Position numbers and translations under genes: made by a program. Below the pieces are notes generated by a model. That model was given only the letters and a program-made list of their open reading frames with translations. It was not told where the DNA came from and made no database searches. 64,000 nt of DNA from the human T2T-CHM13v2.0 reference genome, Homo sapiens, in the NCBI RefSeq assembly GCF_009914755.1, contig NC_060932.1; one strand, 5' to 3'. This document shows positions 14,607 to 28,774 of this stretch, piece after piece. Position 1 is the first letter of the stretch; every line of letters begins with the position of its first letter.

Positions 14607-15103
14607 GTCTTGAAATGGGCCCAATTGTCTCACAGAACTAATATTTCTAGTTTCTTTGAATAAGTATAGAAATTGATCCAGTCTTGACGCTTGAGAAAGT
14701 TACATTTGTCTTATCTGAGTTCTTTTCTCAGGAAACCAACCATCAGGCCTCCCAGACAGTACCAAAGAGCTGAAATTCACCAGATCACCTCATCTGGACA
14801 ATGATATGCCAGACCCCTCACCCCTCATGATTCCCTAACCCACCACCAGCTTCCTGTTGACCAACTCCTCTTCCTTACCCCTCCCTAATTCCTGTTTCCC
14901 CACACATGGTTACATATCTTCCCTGCTATATAAACCCCTAATTTTAGTTGGTCAGGGAGATGGGTTTGAGGCTGATCTCCCATCTGCTCAGCTGCAACAC
15001 CCGATTAAAGCCTTCTTCCCTGGAACTACCCATTGTCTCAGTGATTGGCTTTCTGTGTGGCAAGCTGCAGAACCTAGATTGAACCCCTGGCATTTTGGTA
15101 ACA
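14607..15103 (+). mobile_element. ERV1 solo LTR (MER39-like)
   Basis: U3-R-U5 layout: TATATAAA 14927-14934, ATTAAA 15004-15009, 3' end gaacccctggcattttggtaaca. Confidence 0.75.
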
Positions 15104-15192
15104 GATTTACCACTGTGGATAAATTAGAAATAAAGTTGCTCCCCATGGTCTGGCCCGTGCCCACCTGTCCAGCCTCATCACTCCCCTCTTCA

Positions 15193-15195
<3 letters not shown>

Positions 15196-15237
<42 letters not shown>
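15196..15237. repeat. (CA)~21 microsatellite
   Basis: Uninterrupted AC run. Confidence 0.97.
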
Positions 15238-15239
<2 letters not shown>

Positions 15240-15307
15240 TCTCCAATGCCCATCTGTCACCCCAGCCTTGTCACCTGCCTCACATGCTTCTCCATTCTTC
15301 TCCCAGT

Positions 15308-15741
15308 GTGCTAATTCCTTATCGCTGCTGTAACAAGTTACTGCAAACTCAGTGGCTTAAAGCAACACAAATTTACTATCTTACTGTTCTGGAGGACAAA
15401 AGGCCAAAATGGGTCAGCAGGGCTGTGTTGTTTCTGGAAGTTCTAGGGGAGAATCCATTTCTTTGCCTTTTCTAGCTACTAGAGGCTTCCTTGGTTATGG
15501 CCCCCTTCCAGCAATGACACCACTCCAGCTTCAGCTTCCATCTCTTTCTACTCTGACCCTTCTAACTCCTTCTCATAAGGACCCTTGTGGTACATTGGGT
15601 CCACCCAGCTAATCCAAGATAATCTCCCATCTCAAGATCTTTAACTTCATCACATCTTCTTTGCCATGCAAGGTAGCACATTCATAGATTCTGGGGATTA
15701 GGATGCAGACATCTTTGAGAGACATGATTCAGCCTGTCACA
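15308..15741 (-). mobile_element. MaLR LTR (MLT1C/D-like)
   Basis: gctgctgtaacaagttactgcaaactcagtggcttaaagcaacacaaattta...tctaggggagaatccatttc...attcagcctgtcaca. Confidence 0.85.
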
Positions 15742-16739
15742 CGTGGTGACTCCTCCCATTCTTCAGTTTTGAGCTTAAAGGCCATGTCCTCAAGAAACCT
15801 GTCCCTGACCTCCCTGATAAGGCTGTCTCGTGATGGGCTCTCACAGCATCTTCTACCTCTCATTGCTTTCATAGTCACAATTTAACATTTGTTTGGGTAA
15901 TGCCATGACTAATTAAACTCCCCAAGCCACTTGGTTTTCCCATTTGTATTTTCAGTGTAGGGTAGAGTCTGGCAGAGTAGGGGCTCAATTAACATTAGCT
16001 ACATAAATGGACAAACAAATCAATGAACTTGCCTAAGGTCACAGCAGCAGGTAGCAGAGGTAGGATTTGAACGTGGGCAGTGAGCTTGCAGAGTCCTCTC
16101 CTCTTAGCCATACACTAGACTGCCTCTCACAGATCTGCAGCAGCTCAGGCTCGGGGGGGCACATATTTAAGTCTCCCCTGCAGGATCCCACCAGGTTTAG
16201 GGTTGCCTGGCCGACCTACCCTTTAATACCTCCAGGGCCCAACAGTCTAAAAACCTGTGATTTAAGACACATTTCATGAGGTGGGGGTTTGGGAGGGAGG
16301 TTCTGGAAACCCTGGCAATGTGGGACTGGGATAGTGGGTGTCAGAGGCTGGAGAGGCAGCAGTGGTGGAGGTGATATGAGGCCGCCAGGAGGATAAGCCC
16401 TCCAGGGGAGGTGGTGGGCACACACACAGGAAAAGAACGCGAAGGGCAGTGCCTTGGGCACACCCACGGTGAGAAGCTGGGAGAAGGCGATGCCAGTGAG
16501 GAGGAAATGAGCTGTCACAAACCTGGAGATGTGGGAAAGTGCAGTGTCATGGAAACCAGGGGAGGGAGTAGGTCGGTCCATCCATCCCTCCATCCAGGAA
16601 GAGGTGGCTGGGCTGTGGGAGCACCAGGGCTGTGGGTCGGGAGCGGGAGGGGGAGGTGGGGGGCCCAGGGCCACCTGTCCTGCTGGGAAGATCAACCCTG
16701 CTGACCCTCAGCAGGGCGGTTTCAGTAAACTGCAATGGG

Positions 16740-17170
16740 AGGTGGAGGACGAAACGAGGCTGAGTGGGTGCTTCAAGGATTCAGGAGGAAACACAACGAG
16801 ACCACACATTTCCGGATTTGGCAGGGAAAGAAGAGGATGGTTGCTGGGAGGGGGCAGCCAGGACATGGGGAGACGCGCGTGGGTTTGCAGGCGCCCGGGA
16901 AGAGCCGGGGAGGAAACAGTGGAGAAGCAAGAAGGAGGGCACGTCGTGGGCGTGCACCAGGCTGGGCAGGAGAGTCCGATGATGAGTCAGCGCTCAGCGC
17001 TTCAGTCAGTGAGAGATGGGGAGGCGGCACCGGCACCGTGGCTCGGGCTGGGAGCTAAACTTTCTCCCTCCGTATTCACGCTGGGGTTGGTTTGGAGAAG
17101 GGAGAATGACCGTGGAGGCTGGAGGCGGGGACTCAGGCTCTGAATGCAGATCCACAGCACAGCTTTCGCC
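16740..17170. promoter_or_regulatory. Small CpG-rich patch with an AP-1/NF-E2-type site (candidate regulatory element)
   Basis: About 25 CpGs in about 430 bp by manual count, against a CpG-poor background; ATGAGTCAGC at 16982-16991. Confidence 0.4.
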
Positions 17171-17365
17171 CTGCACCCCTTTCCTAGAAAGCCCCCTTTC
17201 TAGGAGACCTCAGAGGGCCCCAAGCCCTGGGTCTGGAGTCCAGTGTGAAGCCACCGTGGAGGGTCTGTATGGAGGGGTGCAGCTCGTCTCCTGCCTCGCT
17301 TCTCCCAAAGGTTCTAGAACTGCCTCCCCTTCCCCAAGGATGCTGACAACTGTATTTTGAAGAGT

Positions 17366-17801
17366 CCAGTGCTGTGCTTGGATCCCTCTGACAGGCTCAT
17401 GAAGCTATGGGCCTTTTCTTAGAATAAAGCCATAAAATAAAATACCTAGGATTACCAAAGGAGCCAAATGCATGGAAAAACACTTCTCAAAATACATTTT
17501 AAAACCCAAACTTCTAATATACGTGCTTCTTTATCACATGCATTAAAGAACCGCAGCTGATGTCACAGTGTTGATGAGCATGGACGGCATTTGGAGGCAC
17601 CTGCAAAACTCTCACGTGATACGAAACTGTTGGTGATTTCTTCTGGTGACAGTCACAGATCCCATTACGACCGTGGTTGCTGCCTACACTCATAATGGAA
17701 GGAAATGCTCAGTTTTAGGTAGAGGTCAGTGAAAATAAAGATGTAATTTTTACCCATCCAAGTTCTTGGACCCCCGACCTTCAAAATGTTAAGAACTTCT
17801 G
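17366..17801 (+). mobile_element. hAT-Charlie MITE (MER119-like)
   Basis: cataaaataaaatacctaggattaccaaagg...gcctacactcataatggaaggaaatgct...gtgaaaataaagatgtaatttt...gttaagaacttctg. Confidence 0.75.
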
Positions 17802-19616
17802 TTCTGTAGCAACAGTCAAAAGCCCCAATGCCTATAGGGGCCAGACGGGTGACATCACAGAGGTCAGATGAGGGCATGGCCACAGGCTCAGTGCCCTGGA
17901 CAGCAAATGCTCCTTCTAGAGGGAACAGCACTGCTCAGCTCCAGGGACGGCAAGCCTGGTACCAGCCAATCCTCACATTGTTAAGAGATGCCAGAAATAC
18001 CCATTCTTATGTAAATCCTACTAAGTTTTAAATGTTAGCAAAAATATTCACGTTTTAAAGGGCATTTGGAGGTAGAGGCAGATATAACACAGCTACAGCC
18101 GTGAGACATCAGGCTCTGGATCCCTGCTGAATGGGACCCTTTATGGGGCCCAGGCATCCCCTCCGGGCCCACAGTCTTCCATGAGAGGCCTGTTGGATCA
18201 CACGGAACGCACGGCTCCAGTCTAAAAATGGACTAGGCAATAGCCCCAGTTTACAGCAAATTGCCACATGAAACCTAGCAATTGTCTGACTGTGCCACCT
18301 CATGGGCCCTGCCTTCCTTCTCTGAGACTGTCTCCACGTGCACGGCTCCACAGGAGAGAGCTGGATCCAGGCCGGAAGCGGAGTTTCAGTCTTAGCTCTG
18401 CCACTTATCAGTTCACTGGGCTTGAGAAGTCACGAATCTCTCTAAACCCCTGCAAGGTCTCATCTACAAAATAGGCTTAATGGGTCCATGGTACATTCTA
18501 GGATGCTGTCCAAATGCAAGGAGTTCTGGTTATTTCGAGTTTCTTTTTGTTTTCTGCTTCACTCAGCTGGGTCCCTATGGGGTTAGGGTGTAGGAAATGA
18601 GGGAAAACATGTTTGTCCCAATACGTAGCATAATGGACAACATCTGTTAAATAAAACCCAAAGCAATTGTGACTTATTCAAACCATTACCACTTTGGAAG
18701 GAGGTTTGGACAGTTACTCAGGTTGTTCTGGCAGCACTGAGATCTGGGTGTCCTGCAGATTTAGGAGGGGCAGTGGGAGAAGCCACAGGCCTGGGGGACA
18801 TTGCTGCTTTCATTTTGCACATGCTGTGCTCAGCTCAGCCCCTGGGCATTTCATTCTCATTTTCAGATGTTGCAGACTGGTGCTCTGAGCTGCTCAAGGC
18901 CAGGTTCTCTGGGGGCTGGGTGGTTATGGGAGCTGGGAAATGAGACCAGAGAAGAATCCTGCCACCATGCTGTCACATCAGAGCCTTTATTTAAAAAAAG
19001 AACACCCTGTGGCTCCGTGGGTGAAGGCGGTGCTGGCTCCTTCCCTGTGTGTGGATCAGCCGTGCCTGGGACTCAGGTCGGGTTGGGTCAGGCTGTGTCG
19101 GGCTAGGGAGCCCAGTCTCCCCGGCTGGTGCATGACAATGAATTAGGGCCCTGGAAAAGTGGGGCCACCAGGGAACTATCCATCCTGGGTGCATGGAGGA
19201 AAAGCAAGAGCCATTGTCCACAGATGAAACTTCCAAAGCCACACACAAGAGGCAGATCCCTGCTATGCCCTTGTGTAGCTGTGAGACCTTCAGCTGATAC
19301 TTCGATCTAATAAATTATTACAGGAGAAGCGTTTAGAGCAGCACATCACAAGTGCTGGACAAATGGTAGAATTACCCTACCAGAAACATCCTTTCATCCC
19401 TTGCAGTCTGTAATGAAGCTCATTGAAACATCCCTGCGAAATCAGGGAGATATTTATGCTCCTAGTACTCCATTTGGAATCTGGTGAACTTCTACTTGTC
19501 CAAAAAGACCCAGCTCAAATGACACCTCCTCTGTGAAGCCCGTTTTTCATGCCACTGCACTATTAAATGATTTCTTTATGTCAGGATCTGTACTGAGCAC
19601 TTCACATATGTCCATG

Positions 19617-20022
19617 CAGGGGCAGATTCAGGTTTTGTGAGGCCTGAAACTTATACAATTTAGAAGGTCTTCTTAAAACATACACACACACACACACACA
19701 CATACACACACACACGACATCTGATTGTATTTCTCGGGTTTCTAAAACAAAAATGACCTCCTTTAGCTGGGCATGGTGGCTGAACCTGTAGTTCCAGTTA
19801 TTCAGGAGGCTGAGGCCAGAGGTCTGCTTGAGTCTAGAAGTTGGAGGTTACAGTGAGCTGTGATCACATCACCGCACTCCAGCCTGGGCAACAGAGCAAG
19901 ATCCTGTCTCAAAAAAAAAAAATGACCTTGTGAGCACATAGCTAGGGCCTTGGAAGGCACCTGAGCAAGTGATGGGCCTTGACGCTTAAGCTTCATCAGC
20001 TTCGTTGGTAAATCCATCTCTG
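19617..20022. mobile_element. hAT-Tip100 MITE (MER69/Arthur1-like) containing a (CA)n tract and an Alu monomer, itself inside a MIR
   Basis: caggggcagattcaggttttgtgaggcctgaaacttatacaattt start and ttaagcttcatcagcttc...gtaaatccatctctg end. Confidence 0.7.
19764..19920 (+). mobile_element. Alu right-arm monomer (FRAM or truncated AluJ)
   Basis: tagctgggcatggtggc...gcactccagcctgggcaacagagcaag plus poly-A; TSD AAAAATGACCT. Confidence 0.85.
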
Positions 20023-20132
20023 GTCTCAAGCAGTCTCCACCATGGCCCAGTGAAGTTGGTAACTATTGCCCCATTTTATAGATGTGAAGAGTGAGACTCA
20101 GACATAAGAAGTAACTTGCCCCAAATTGTGCT

Positions 20133-20427
20133 TTTTTGTTATTCTGAGACAAGGTCTCACTCCCGTCACCCAGTCTGGAGTGCAGTGGCATGATCACAGC
20201 TCACTGCAGCCTCAAACTCCTGGGCTCGGGTGATTCTCCCATCTTAGCCTCCTGAGTAGCTGAGACTACAGGCACATACCACCACACCTGGCTAATTTTG
20301 TGTATTTTTAGTAGAGACGGTGTTTCACCATATTGCCCAGGCTGGTCTTAAACTCCTGGGCTAAAGCAATTTGCTTGCCTTGGACTCCCAAAGTGCTAGG
20401 ATGACAGGCATGAGCCACTGCACCAGC
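20133..20427 (-). mobile_element. AluJ
   Basis: Reverse Alu; TSD CCAAATTGTGCT at 20121-20132 and 20428-20439. Confidence 0.9.
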
Positions 20428-20842
20428 CCAAATTGTGCTCTTGACCTCGGCACTACCTGGTGTTCCCCGCTGACCCTGACAGGCAGTGCCTGTTACCTGG
20501 CTGGTGCCTCCATTGCAGGGCTTCTCATGTGAAAGCATGGCACTGCAGTTATTGGCTTGCCCATGCCACTCTACTGCATGTCAGTTTCTCTCAGGCCCTG
20601 GGACAGGCCTTTATCTTTGCATCTGGGTGCCCCAGAGAAGGTGCTCAATAAATGCCTATTGGGTGAACGTACACACTCCACCTTCACCTTTTCGTACCCT
20701 TGGTCTCCACCTGTTTCATGCGCCTGCTGATGAGCTCCCAGCCTTGGCCTAATATTTTGGAGAAAGTTTCCAGGGTGCAGAGGGGAAAGAGAAAAAGAAG
20801 CCTTCCTATGAGACCTGAATAAGACTGCAGAACAGAATAGTC

Positions 20843-22030
20843 AATTCATACATTCAACAAATGTTTCTTGGGTACCATTCTAAGTACTAGGAACCAGAAA
20901 TGAACAAAACAGACAAATATCCCTGCCCCCAAGCAGCCTGCACACTACTGAGGGGAAACAGACCAAAACACAATAAATAATAAGATAGCAGCCTGACAGA
21001 TGGTGGCAGTACTGTGGGGAAAACAAAGCAGGAAAGGAGGACCGGGTCTGCTGGGTGAAGTGGGGTGTGTGGGAGAGCCTCATGGGGAATATGAGATCTG
21101 AAGGAAGTGGAGGGAGCCGTGTGGCCATCTGGGGAAGATCCTTCCAGGCAGGAGGTGGGACCATGCCTGATGAGTGGGAGGAGCAGCAAGAAGGCCTATT
21201 GTGAGTGAGGCCAGGGTCAGCCAAGTGACAGGGGACAGGCCACACAGGCTCTGAAGGCCACTGTGGAGAATCTGCACCTTCCTCTGAGAGACAGGAGCCA
21301 AGCCACAGGAGGATGGCTGAAAGGAACCCTCCATCTGCCAAGTTGAGAACAAAGAAGGAGTCAGGGATACCAGTTAGGGAGTATTTCAAGAATCCAGGTG
21401 GGAGATCATTGCCACATAGACAAGTCTGGTGGCTACGGAGAAGCAGTTCATTCCTGGATGGCTTTGAAGCCCAAGATGGTGGGATGTTAGATGTGAAAGA
21501 ATGGAGTAAGGATGGCTCAGAGATTCCTGGCCTAAGCAGCTGGAACGATGGGAATGCCTACGGGAGGAGGAGCTCCTGGGAGCGAGATCAGGATTTTGAG
21601 TTTGGATATGTTAAGCTTGAGATGTTTCTTGTAGTCAAACATGCAACTGGATACATTAGGCTGGACTTCAGGAGAGAGGCCCAGGCTAGAGAAATAAAAT
21701 GGGAACTCATTCACATAGGAATTCGAGGCCTGAGACTGAACGAGATCACCACCAAGGCACTGTGCACAGAGAAGAGGTCCCAGATCTGACCTCTGGGGCT
21801 TGTCAGTGCTTAGAGATCAGGGAGATGAAGCTGAGAAGGAGCAACTAGGAGCACCTGGTGTCCTGGAAGCCAGGAAAAGCCAGTGCTTCAAGGAGGAAGA
21901 GGTGTTCACCTGGGTCCGGTGTTGCTGATGGGAGAAGTGATATTTGGATGGACCACAAGAAGAGCTTTGGTGAGCTTGTCAGTAGAACTTCCATGGAGTG
22001 GCATGGGTGGAAGGCCAAGAGAAGGTTTCT
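20843..22030 (-). mobile_element. L2a 3' portion (~1.2 kb)
   Basis: cattcaacaaatgttt, aatgaacaaaacagacaaa, gagtttggatatgttaagcttgagatg, gtgtcctggaagccagg. Confidence 0.8.
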
Positions 22031-22207
22031 TACACCAGGGCTAAGCTGGGTGAGACGGGAAGCCATGAGGCGGGAGAAGGACAGGAAAAAGAGGGTGGGC
22101 TCGAAGGATCCCTGGTCCTGGTGGGGAAGTGGAAGTGTTGGAGATTGTAGCCACACTGCTAGTTGGAGCCCGATATCCTTTCTCCCCTTCATCCGTAACA
22201 ATAGGGT

Positions 22208-22511
22208 CTTTTTTTTTTTTTCTTTTTTGAGACAGAGTCTCACTCTGTCTCCCAAGCTGGAGTGTAGTGGTGTAATCTCGGCTCACTGCAACCTCTGCCT
22301 CCTGGGTTCAAATGACTCTCCCTTCCCAGCCTCCTGAGTAGCTGGGGTTACAGGTGCCCCCCGCCACACCCAGCTAATTTTTGTATTTTTAGTAGAGAAA
22401 GGGTTTCGCCGTGTTGGCCAGGCTGGTCTTAAACTCCTGACCTCAGCTGATCTGCCCACCTTGGCCTCCCAAAGTGCTGGGATTACAGGTGTAAGCCAGC
22501 TTGCCCGGCCC
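22208..22511 (-). mobile_element. Alu (AluSx-like)
   Basis: Reverse Alu; TSD AATAGGGTCTT. Confidence 0.92.
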
Positions 22512-22534
22512 CATAATAGGGTCTTGCTGAGCAC

Positions 22535-23460
22535 ATTCCTGCCCAGGTGAAGACCATACTTCCCAGCTTCCCTTGCAACTGAGTATAGCCTTGTGGCTGA
22601 GTTCTGGCAGTGGAAGGTGACAGAAGTGAAATGTACAGGTTCCACATCCCTGGCCTGCAAGGAGTTTGTTAGTCCCACACCTGCACCTTTCCCTCTTCCA
22701 TGAAGGGTGACACGCGGTGGCCCAGGTTCAACCAATGAAGCAACGCACGGGGCAGGGCTCCTTGCCATTTTTGTGCCTTGGACCACTTGGCTGTCTGATG
22801 AAGACCATGGATGCTTCTCAGAAGACTGTTCTTAAATGCGTGGAATAAAATAATAAGATTACAAAGAAAAATAAATATATTGAAATATCAAAATAGTAAA
22901 GAATTACAGTCTAATAAAATATATACTTCCTTATTAATGCATTAAAGAACCATCTAGCAATGGATCTAATAAACACTCTGCTTTCAAGGTCTTGGTATAG
23001 TCAAAGGTAAAGTCAAAGTCCTTTTCAAAGCATAAAGGATATCTCACAATATCTTTACCAACTAAATGTGATAATAAAGTATCTGTGATTTCTGTTGGAA
23101 ACAAGAAATAAGATCACAGGTACCACCAATACTCCTGTGTTTCTGGCCTGCTGTCATAATGAAAGAAAATGCTAATTTTCAGGTAGAACTTGGTGGAAAT
23201 CAAGATGTAATTTTTTCCCCATGAAGGGTCAGAGAGCTCCTGAATCCTGGCCAGGTCTGTTGAGGACATCTGCCTTTGGGGATGGCAGAACCACAGGGTG
23301 GAGGAAAACTGCATTCCCCAAAACCGCATGAGGCAGAGCCACCCTGCTGGCCTGGAGCAGCCAGGGTGTTATGTGAGGGAGAATGAAGGTCCTGCCTTTT
23401 TCACACTATTGTCTTTGGGGTCTTTTTGTTATAGCAGCATATCCTGCACCCTAACAGAGA
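22535..23460 (+). mobile_element. Old MaLR LTR (MLT1H/I/J-like) split by a MER119-like MITE
   Basis: catacttcccagcttcccttgcaactgag...gagttctggcagtggaagg...cagaagtga and 3' end gggtctttttgttatagcagc...ccctaac. Confidence 0.55.
22753..23265 (+). mobile_element. hAT-Charlie MITE (MER119-like), second copy
   Basis: tttttgtgccttggaccac...ataaaataataagattacaaag...tcacaggtacc...gaaaatgctaattttcaggtaga; colinear with 17366-17801. Confidence 0.7.
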
Positions 23461-24267
23461 GCCTGATGGTGACTGAGCAATTGTTAATGTGCCATTGTAT
23501 GAGTCTGTTGATTGCCTGGCCTCAAAGCAACCTGAAACCCAGCTAAGGGCCTCTGGACTCAGCAGCCTGGGAAATCAGAAGTGAGTCTGCCCGATCATCC
23601 CCCTTTTTCATTCCACCATGCACCTCCTAACGTGCAGACGTGGGCCTCCCCGATGCCCCACCCTGTCTGGGCCTCAGCAAAGTCCACCTGGTTCCTGTTC
23701 TTGGTCTGGACAGGCCTGTGCCCTGGCCTCACCCTCATCATGACTGGTTGACAAAGGAGCAGCTGTGGCTCCCCTCCCTCCGCCCCCTCACTCCCCAGCC
23801 CAGACGCACCGCGTGGCGGGGCAGATCCCTGACTCCAGTGAGCAGGAATGTTACTGCAGGCCTCGGGTTGGTTGTGGCTGTGATTGCTGGCAGCACCTCA
23901 AGACTCCAAGAGGGTCTGAACTGGAGTTGACTGTGCAGCCGGGAGCAGCAGAAATGCCCTTAAAAAGGGAAAGGAGAGAGATGCCAAGGGGAGAGCTGAC
24001 TCGGCCTGTGCCAGGAGCATGGAAATCTCAAGAAGTAGAGTGGGGAGTGAAGTCAGTAACAATTCTAACCACGAAAGCTGCCGTGGACTGAACGTCCACT
24101 AACTGCCAGGACTATACATGTGCTTCCCATAGATAGCCTCTTTGAACCCTCGCACAGCCCCATGACTTAAGTTCTACCATCTTTAGAACTATACAAACTC
24201 AGACTCAGAGAGACTGAGTCACCTGCCCAAGGTCACACAGCCAGCGAGCTAACAAGAGTTGAAACCC

Positions 24268-24580
24268 GGCCAGGTGCAGAGATGCACACCTGCAATCCCA
24301 GCACTTTGGGAGGCTGAGGCACGAGGATCACTTGAGCTCCGGAGTTCAAGACCAACCTGAGCAACACAGCAAAACCCCGTCTCTATAAAAAATGCAAACA
24401 TTAACTGGGTGTGGTTGTGTGTGGCTGTAGTCCCAGCTGCTTGGGAGGCTGAGACGGGAGGATCACTTCAGCCCAGGAGGCGGGGGTTTCAGTGAGCCAA
24501 GATCGCACTACTGCACTCCAGCCTGGGCAAAAGAGCAAGACCCTGTCTCAAAAAAAAAACAAAAAAGAGAAAAAAAAAAG
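24268..24580 (+). mobile_element. AluJ (Jb-like) inserted in a MIR
   Basis: Dimeric Alu with A-rich tail; MIR text cctgcccaaggtcacacagc immediately upstream. Confidence 0.9.
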
Positions 24581-26059
24581 AAAAGTAGAAGCCTCTTAAT
24601 AACGAGGCCTGGGGCTAAGCATCAGCTTCCTCTATCTTCCCTGGGAAAGAAGAAGCCCAGCTCTCGCTTTAGGGAGTTCTCACAGCAGAGGGCTCCTGCT
24701 GCTCTGGGTAAATGTGTAGCCTTTTCAGAAAAGGGCAAGGCTGGAATCTCCAGGGAAACCTCTCTCTTCTGGTATAGCAGGGCCAGGACCATGGCTATGA
24801 TGAGCGATAAGATGATGACAGAGCCAGAGCCAGTGGCCTCAGCCAAGGCTTTGACTGGGGCTGGCTAGTCTGTCCATCCTTACCCTTTTCTGAGAGGGCG
24901 CAAGAAGAGGAAAATGGGGTGAGGTTTCCAATGCTGGGTGCAGCTCCCCATGCCCAGTGCTTAGAACAGACACGGGACAGGATGGACAAGAGCTCTGTCC
25001 TGGCAAAAGCCAAAGATGGGGGGTTGTGGAGCTCCAAGAGTCGGAGGAAAGGAAAGGGACAGCCCCAGATTTAATTGAGAGTCTCTAATTTCAGGGAAAG
25101 GTTAGAGCTAGAGAAGGCAGCACTGGGCAGTGGGAACAGCGTGCACTGTGGGCCAGACAGACCCAACACAGTCCAGATGTGTGATCAACTATAGACCAGA
25201 TGTGTGGTGCAGATGGGCCACATTGCCTCCCACACAGAGCAGAGTCACAGTTCCTGTGACATTGCCTGCCACGTCTTGATGAAATGAGATCATACATACT
25301 CTGTATGACAGAGGGAAGCCAAGGTGAGTGCTTGCACAGTGCCTGCTTCATGGCCTCCCTAATTGCTATCCTGGAGCTCTGCGTGAAGAAGAGCAGGAAG
25401 TGGTGTGGCAGCTGAGTCCTGAGAGATGGGCTAAGGCTCAGGGGGAAGGCAGGCAAGTGGATTTCAGATCCACTCGGAATGTGCTGCTGGCTCCCTGACG
25501 TGCTAATCTACAGTGCTGGTGACCAAGGCCCTTACCTCCAGGGCAGAGTCTGCTCCAATCAGGCTTGGGAACCCAGATGGCTCCTGGACAAAGAACTACA
25601 AGGACCCCATCAGCCTCGCGGAGGAGCCTGCGCTGGCCTTGTGCCTGCTCTCCAGGACATCTTCATTGCTGCCAAGGCTCTGCCTTGTCCCGTGTTTGAG
25701 AAATGATGCCCCTGCTTTGTGAGCCCCAAAGGGAGTCTGAGCTGAGCTTGCCTGCTCCTCCCACCCAGCCCAAGAACCTCAGTTTCCCTCCACCCAGCAC
25801 TCCCAGGGCTGCTCTTTACCTGCTGCCCGCTCCATGAGCCGCACCTTTCCTGCTGCCTGGGTCTGCACCTGCCCCCCACCCTCCTGACCAAGGACTCTGG
25901 GGGTCCTGACGCCACCAAGGTGAAACCCAATCCTAATGTAAGGCTGGCCCGGGCTGTGAAGAGGAGCAGTAAAGGGTTACAGTAGAGATCCCCGAACCTC
26001 ATTCCACAGCACCCTCAGGTGGCTGCACAGTTTGGGAAGCCAGGCATTAAGGTAGTCAT

Positions 26060-27705
<1,646 letters not shown>

Positions 27706-28774
27706 GCATGAACTGGCAGGGGAGGGGGACCACTGGTGAACTTCTGGAACATCACAGAGACACCACTTGTGAGCTGCTGGAAAATCACAGACACAAAAAG
27801 ACTCATCTGCCCCATCTCACTTCATTCATGCACTCGCTTCACTTCACCCTAGACCTAGGCTCTCAAATGATAGCGTTAGAGCCTAGGATCCCTTTTTCCC
27901 AGCTCTTAGCTCCACTTCTCTGGCTTCATGCCAGTCTCAGATGGCTCTTCTGTTGGGGAACAAGTTGGCCACCCCAGCTCCAGCCTCACACCCTCCCGTG
28001 TTTGAATCCAAAGAGCGTGCTTCTCTCAGTAGCCTCAGCATGACCCTCATGCTGTCTCCTTGGCTCTGGTTGGGTCATTTACTCCTCTCTGAACAAATCC
28101 TGCCTCCAGGGAAATGATGTCCTTTGGCTGGCCAGGCCTTAGCCACATGCCCCAACAAAGCACAGTGCGGGAGGAGGCGGGGTGAATTCCCCTGGAGCAA
28201 AATCACAGTGGCTGCCAGAAAAAGGGCAGTGGCCATTGGAGGTATGCACGGTGACCTGCTTCCCAGTCCTCCCTAGTGGTCCTAAACTGCGCTTTCCTCC
28301 ATTCCAGAAGCCAAGGCCAGAGGCGAAGTAGGGTTCTGTGTCTCCCTTCCCTGAGCCACAGGCTCCTGCTCCTCTGGTCCTCAGCTGAGCTCCTGCAGGA
28401 CACTGTCCTGTTTCTAACCGGAATTCACTTCTCTAAGGGGCTCTGCCATGCATGATGGGTAGCCTTTTATTATACATGGGAATGTATCTCTCTGCCTGGC
28501 CCTGTCTCTGTGCTCTCGGGCTGTGTTCTGGAAAGTACTGAGTTTGGCTTCAACTGCACAGGCAGCTTGGGTCCCTCAATCATCGTGAGCCCTGGGAGGA
28601 CTCTGGCCTTCAGCTGACAGGACTGCACAGACCAGCTCTGCTATCTCTACCTCTGGGGCTCATCATTGAAGCTCTCAACTGCCATTTTCTCATTGACAAA
28701 ATGGGGTTAATAATGCCTCCCTCAAGGCTACATGAAATAATGTGACAGTTAACAGAGTTCCCAAGGCTTAGACC

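Noticed and set aside
16529-17143. 204-aa ORF in the CpG-rich patch
   Set aside because: Non-ATG start, G-skewed low-information sequence with L2-like pieces, and no recognisable protein motif
21313-21789. 158-aa ATG-initiated ORF
   Set aside because: Lies wholly on the antisense strand of a decayed L2
17366-23265. Similarity between 17366-17801 and 22753-23265 as a local duplication
   Set aside because: Both are independent, diverged copies of the same MER119-like MITE and their flanks are unrelated
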